Assembly: GCA_022568135.1 (NCBI GenBank)
Contig: JADFFQ010000041.1
Span: forward strand, 1 to 24,000
Direction: 5' to 3'
DNA: 24,000 nt
Source of the DNA: Planctomycetota bacterium
Lineage (GTDB): Bacteria; Planctomycetota; Phycisphaerae; Phycisphaerales; SM1A02
A model generated the notes under the pieces. It searched no databases and had not been told where the DNA came from. It saw only the letters and a program-made list of their open reading frames with translations. This document shows positions 23,824 to 24,000 of this stretch, in pieces (the first letter of the stretch is position 1; each line of letters begins with the position of its first letter). The translations under genes and the position numbers were made by a program.

Positions 23824-24000
23824 TCACGCGCGCTCGATCACCACCTCCGGCTCGAAGATGATGCGCTTGACCGGCGTGGGCTTTGGAACTTGCGTACCGC
23901 ATTTCTTACAGGTGCTCAGCCGCTCGTCGGCCCAGAACTCCTCCATCGACTGCGCAAAGTGCTCGACGATGTCGCCACAGTCGAACTCCTTGTCGTAGAC
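23824..24000 (-). CDS. 3-hydroxyanthranilate 3,4-dioxygenase, C-terminal fragment (gene continues beyond the window)
   Basis: My own translation of the minus strand gives VYDKEFDCGDIVEHFAQSMEEFWADERLSTCKKCGTQVPKPTPVKRIIFEPEVVIERA*, with the stop TGA at 23826-23824. The FW/YA.E..R.C..CG tail resembles the rubredoxin-like C-terminus of bacterial HAO (from memory). The position directly upstream of ACMSD fits. It is not in the supplied ORF track because it is truncated. Confidence 0.55.
   Translation of the reverse strand, partial: VYDKEFDCGDIVEHFAQSMEEFWADERLSTCKKCGTQVPKPTPVKRIIFEPEVVIERA

Noticed and set aside
1-24000. Search by eye for CRISPR arrays, tRNA/rRNA genes, integrases/transposases, toxin-antitoxin pairs or defence-system gene sets
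   Set aside because: I found no regularly spaced repeats, no cloverleaf-like or rRNA-like segments in the intergenic regions, and no ORF with recombinase, nuclease-ATPase or other defence hallmarks. The only nuclease-fold gene is the solitary EEP protein.

Overview
High-GC (about 62-70% by hand counts of sample lines) bacterial chromosomal segment. The style is possibly Planctomycetota-like, but I cannot verify that without a search. All calls come from motif recognition by eye.

Left to right, the window contains:
- a lower-GC (40-47%) left edge with a DUF3221-like hypothetical gene (-)
- dnaK (+)
- a membrane-anchored endonuclease/exonuclease/phosphatase (EEP) gene (+)
- an orphan 151-bp copy of the dnaK 3' end
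- a polytopic GT-C-like membrane protein and a NIF3-family gene (+)
- an AsmA-like anchored protein and a PilZ protein (-)
- ispE (+)
- a probably truncated small helical-protein gene (-) whose ORF runs antisense into ispE
- a group II PLP aromatic-amino-acid decarboxylase (+)
- a molybdoenzyme module: YdeP/FdhF-like oxidoreductase (+), mobA and a MOSC gene (-)
- a two-armed convergent tryptophan/kynurenine catabolic cluster. The plus arm has an atypical SDR, 2-aminomuconate-semialdehyde dehydrogenase-like ALDH, a RidA-type deaminase and a small Zn-ribbon membrane protein. The minus arm has partial 3-hydroxyanthranilate dioxygenase, ACMSD, kynureninase, KMO and kynurenine formamidase.

I see no rRNA, tRNA, CRISPR array, integrase, transposase or recognisable defence system.

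The most unusual structures are:
1. A 151-bp, 97%-identical direct repeat of the dnaK terminus that brackets only the EEP gene.
2. A family of short GC-rich REP-like hairpins sharing a TAGCCCC(G/C)GG core. They sit at gene junctions, and two of them supply the last codons and stop codon of catabolic genes.
3. An SDR in the kynurenine cluster that lacks the canonical YxxxK.
4. A tail-anchored KMO.

Overall this is mostly an ordinary housekeeping/metabolic region with a few structural oddities. I found no clear novel multi-gene system.
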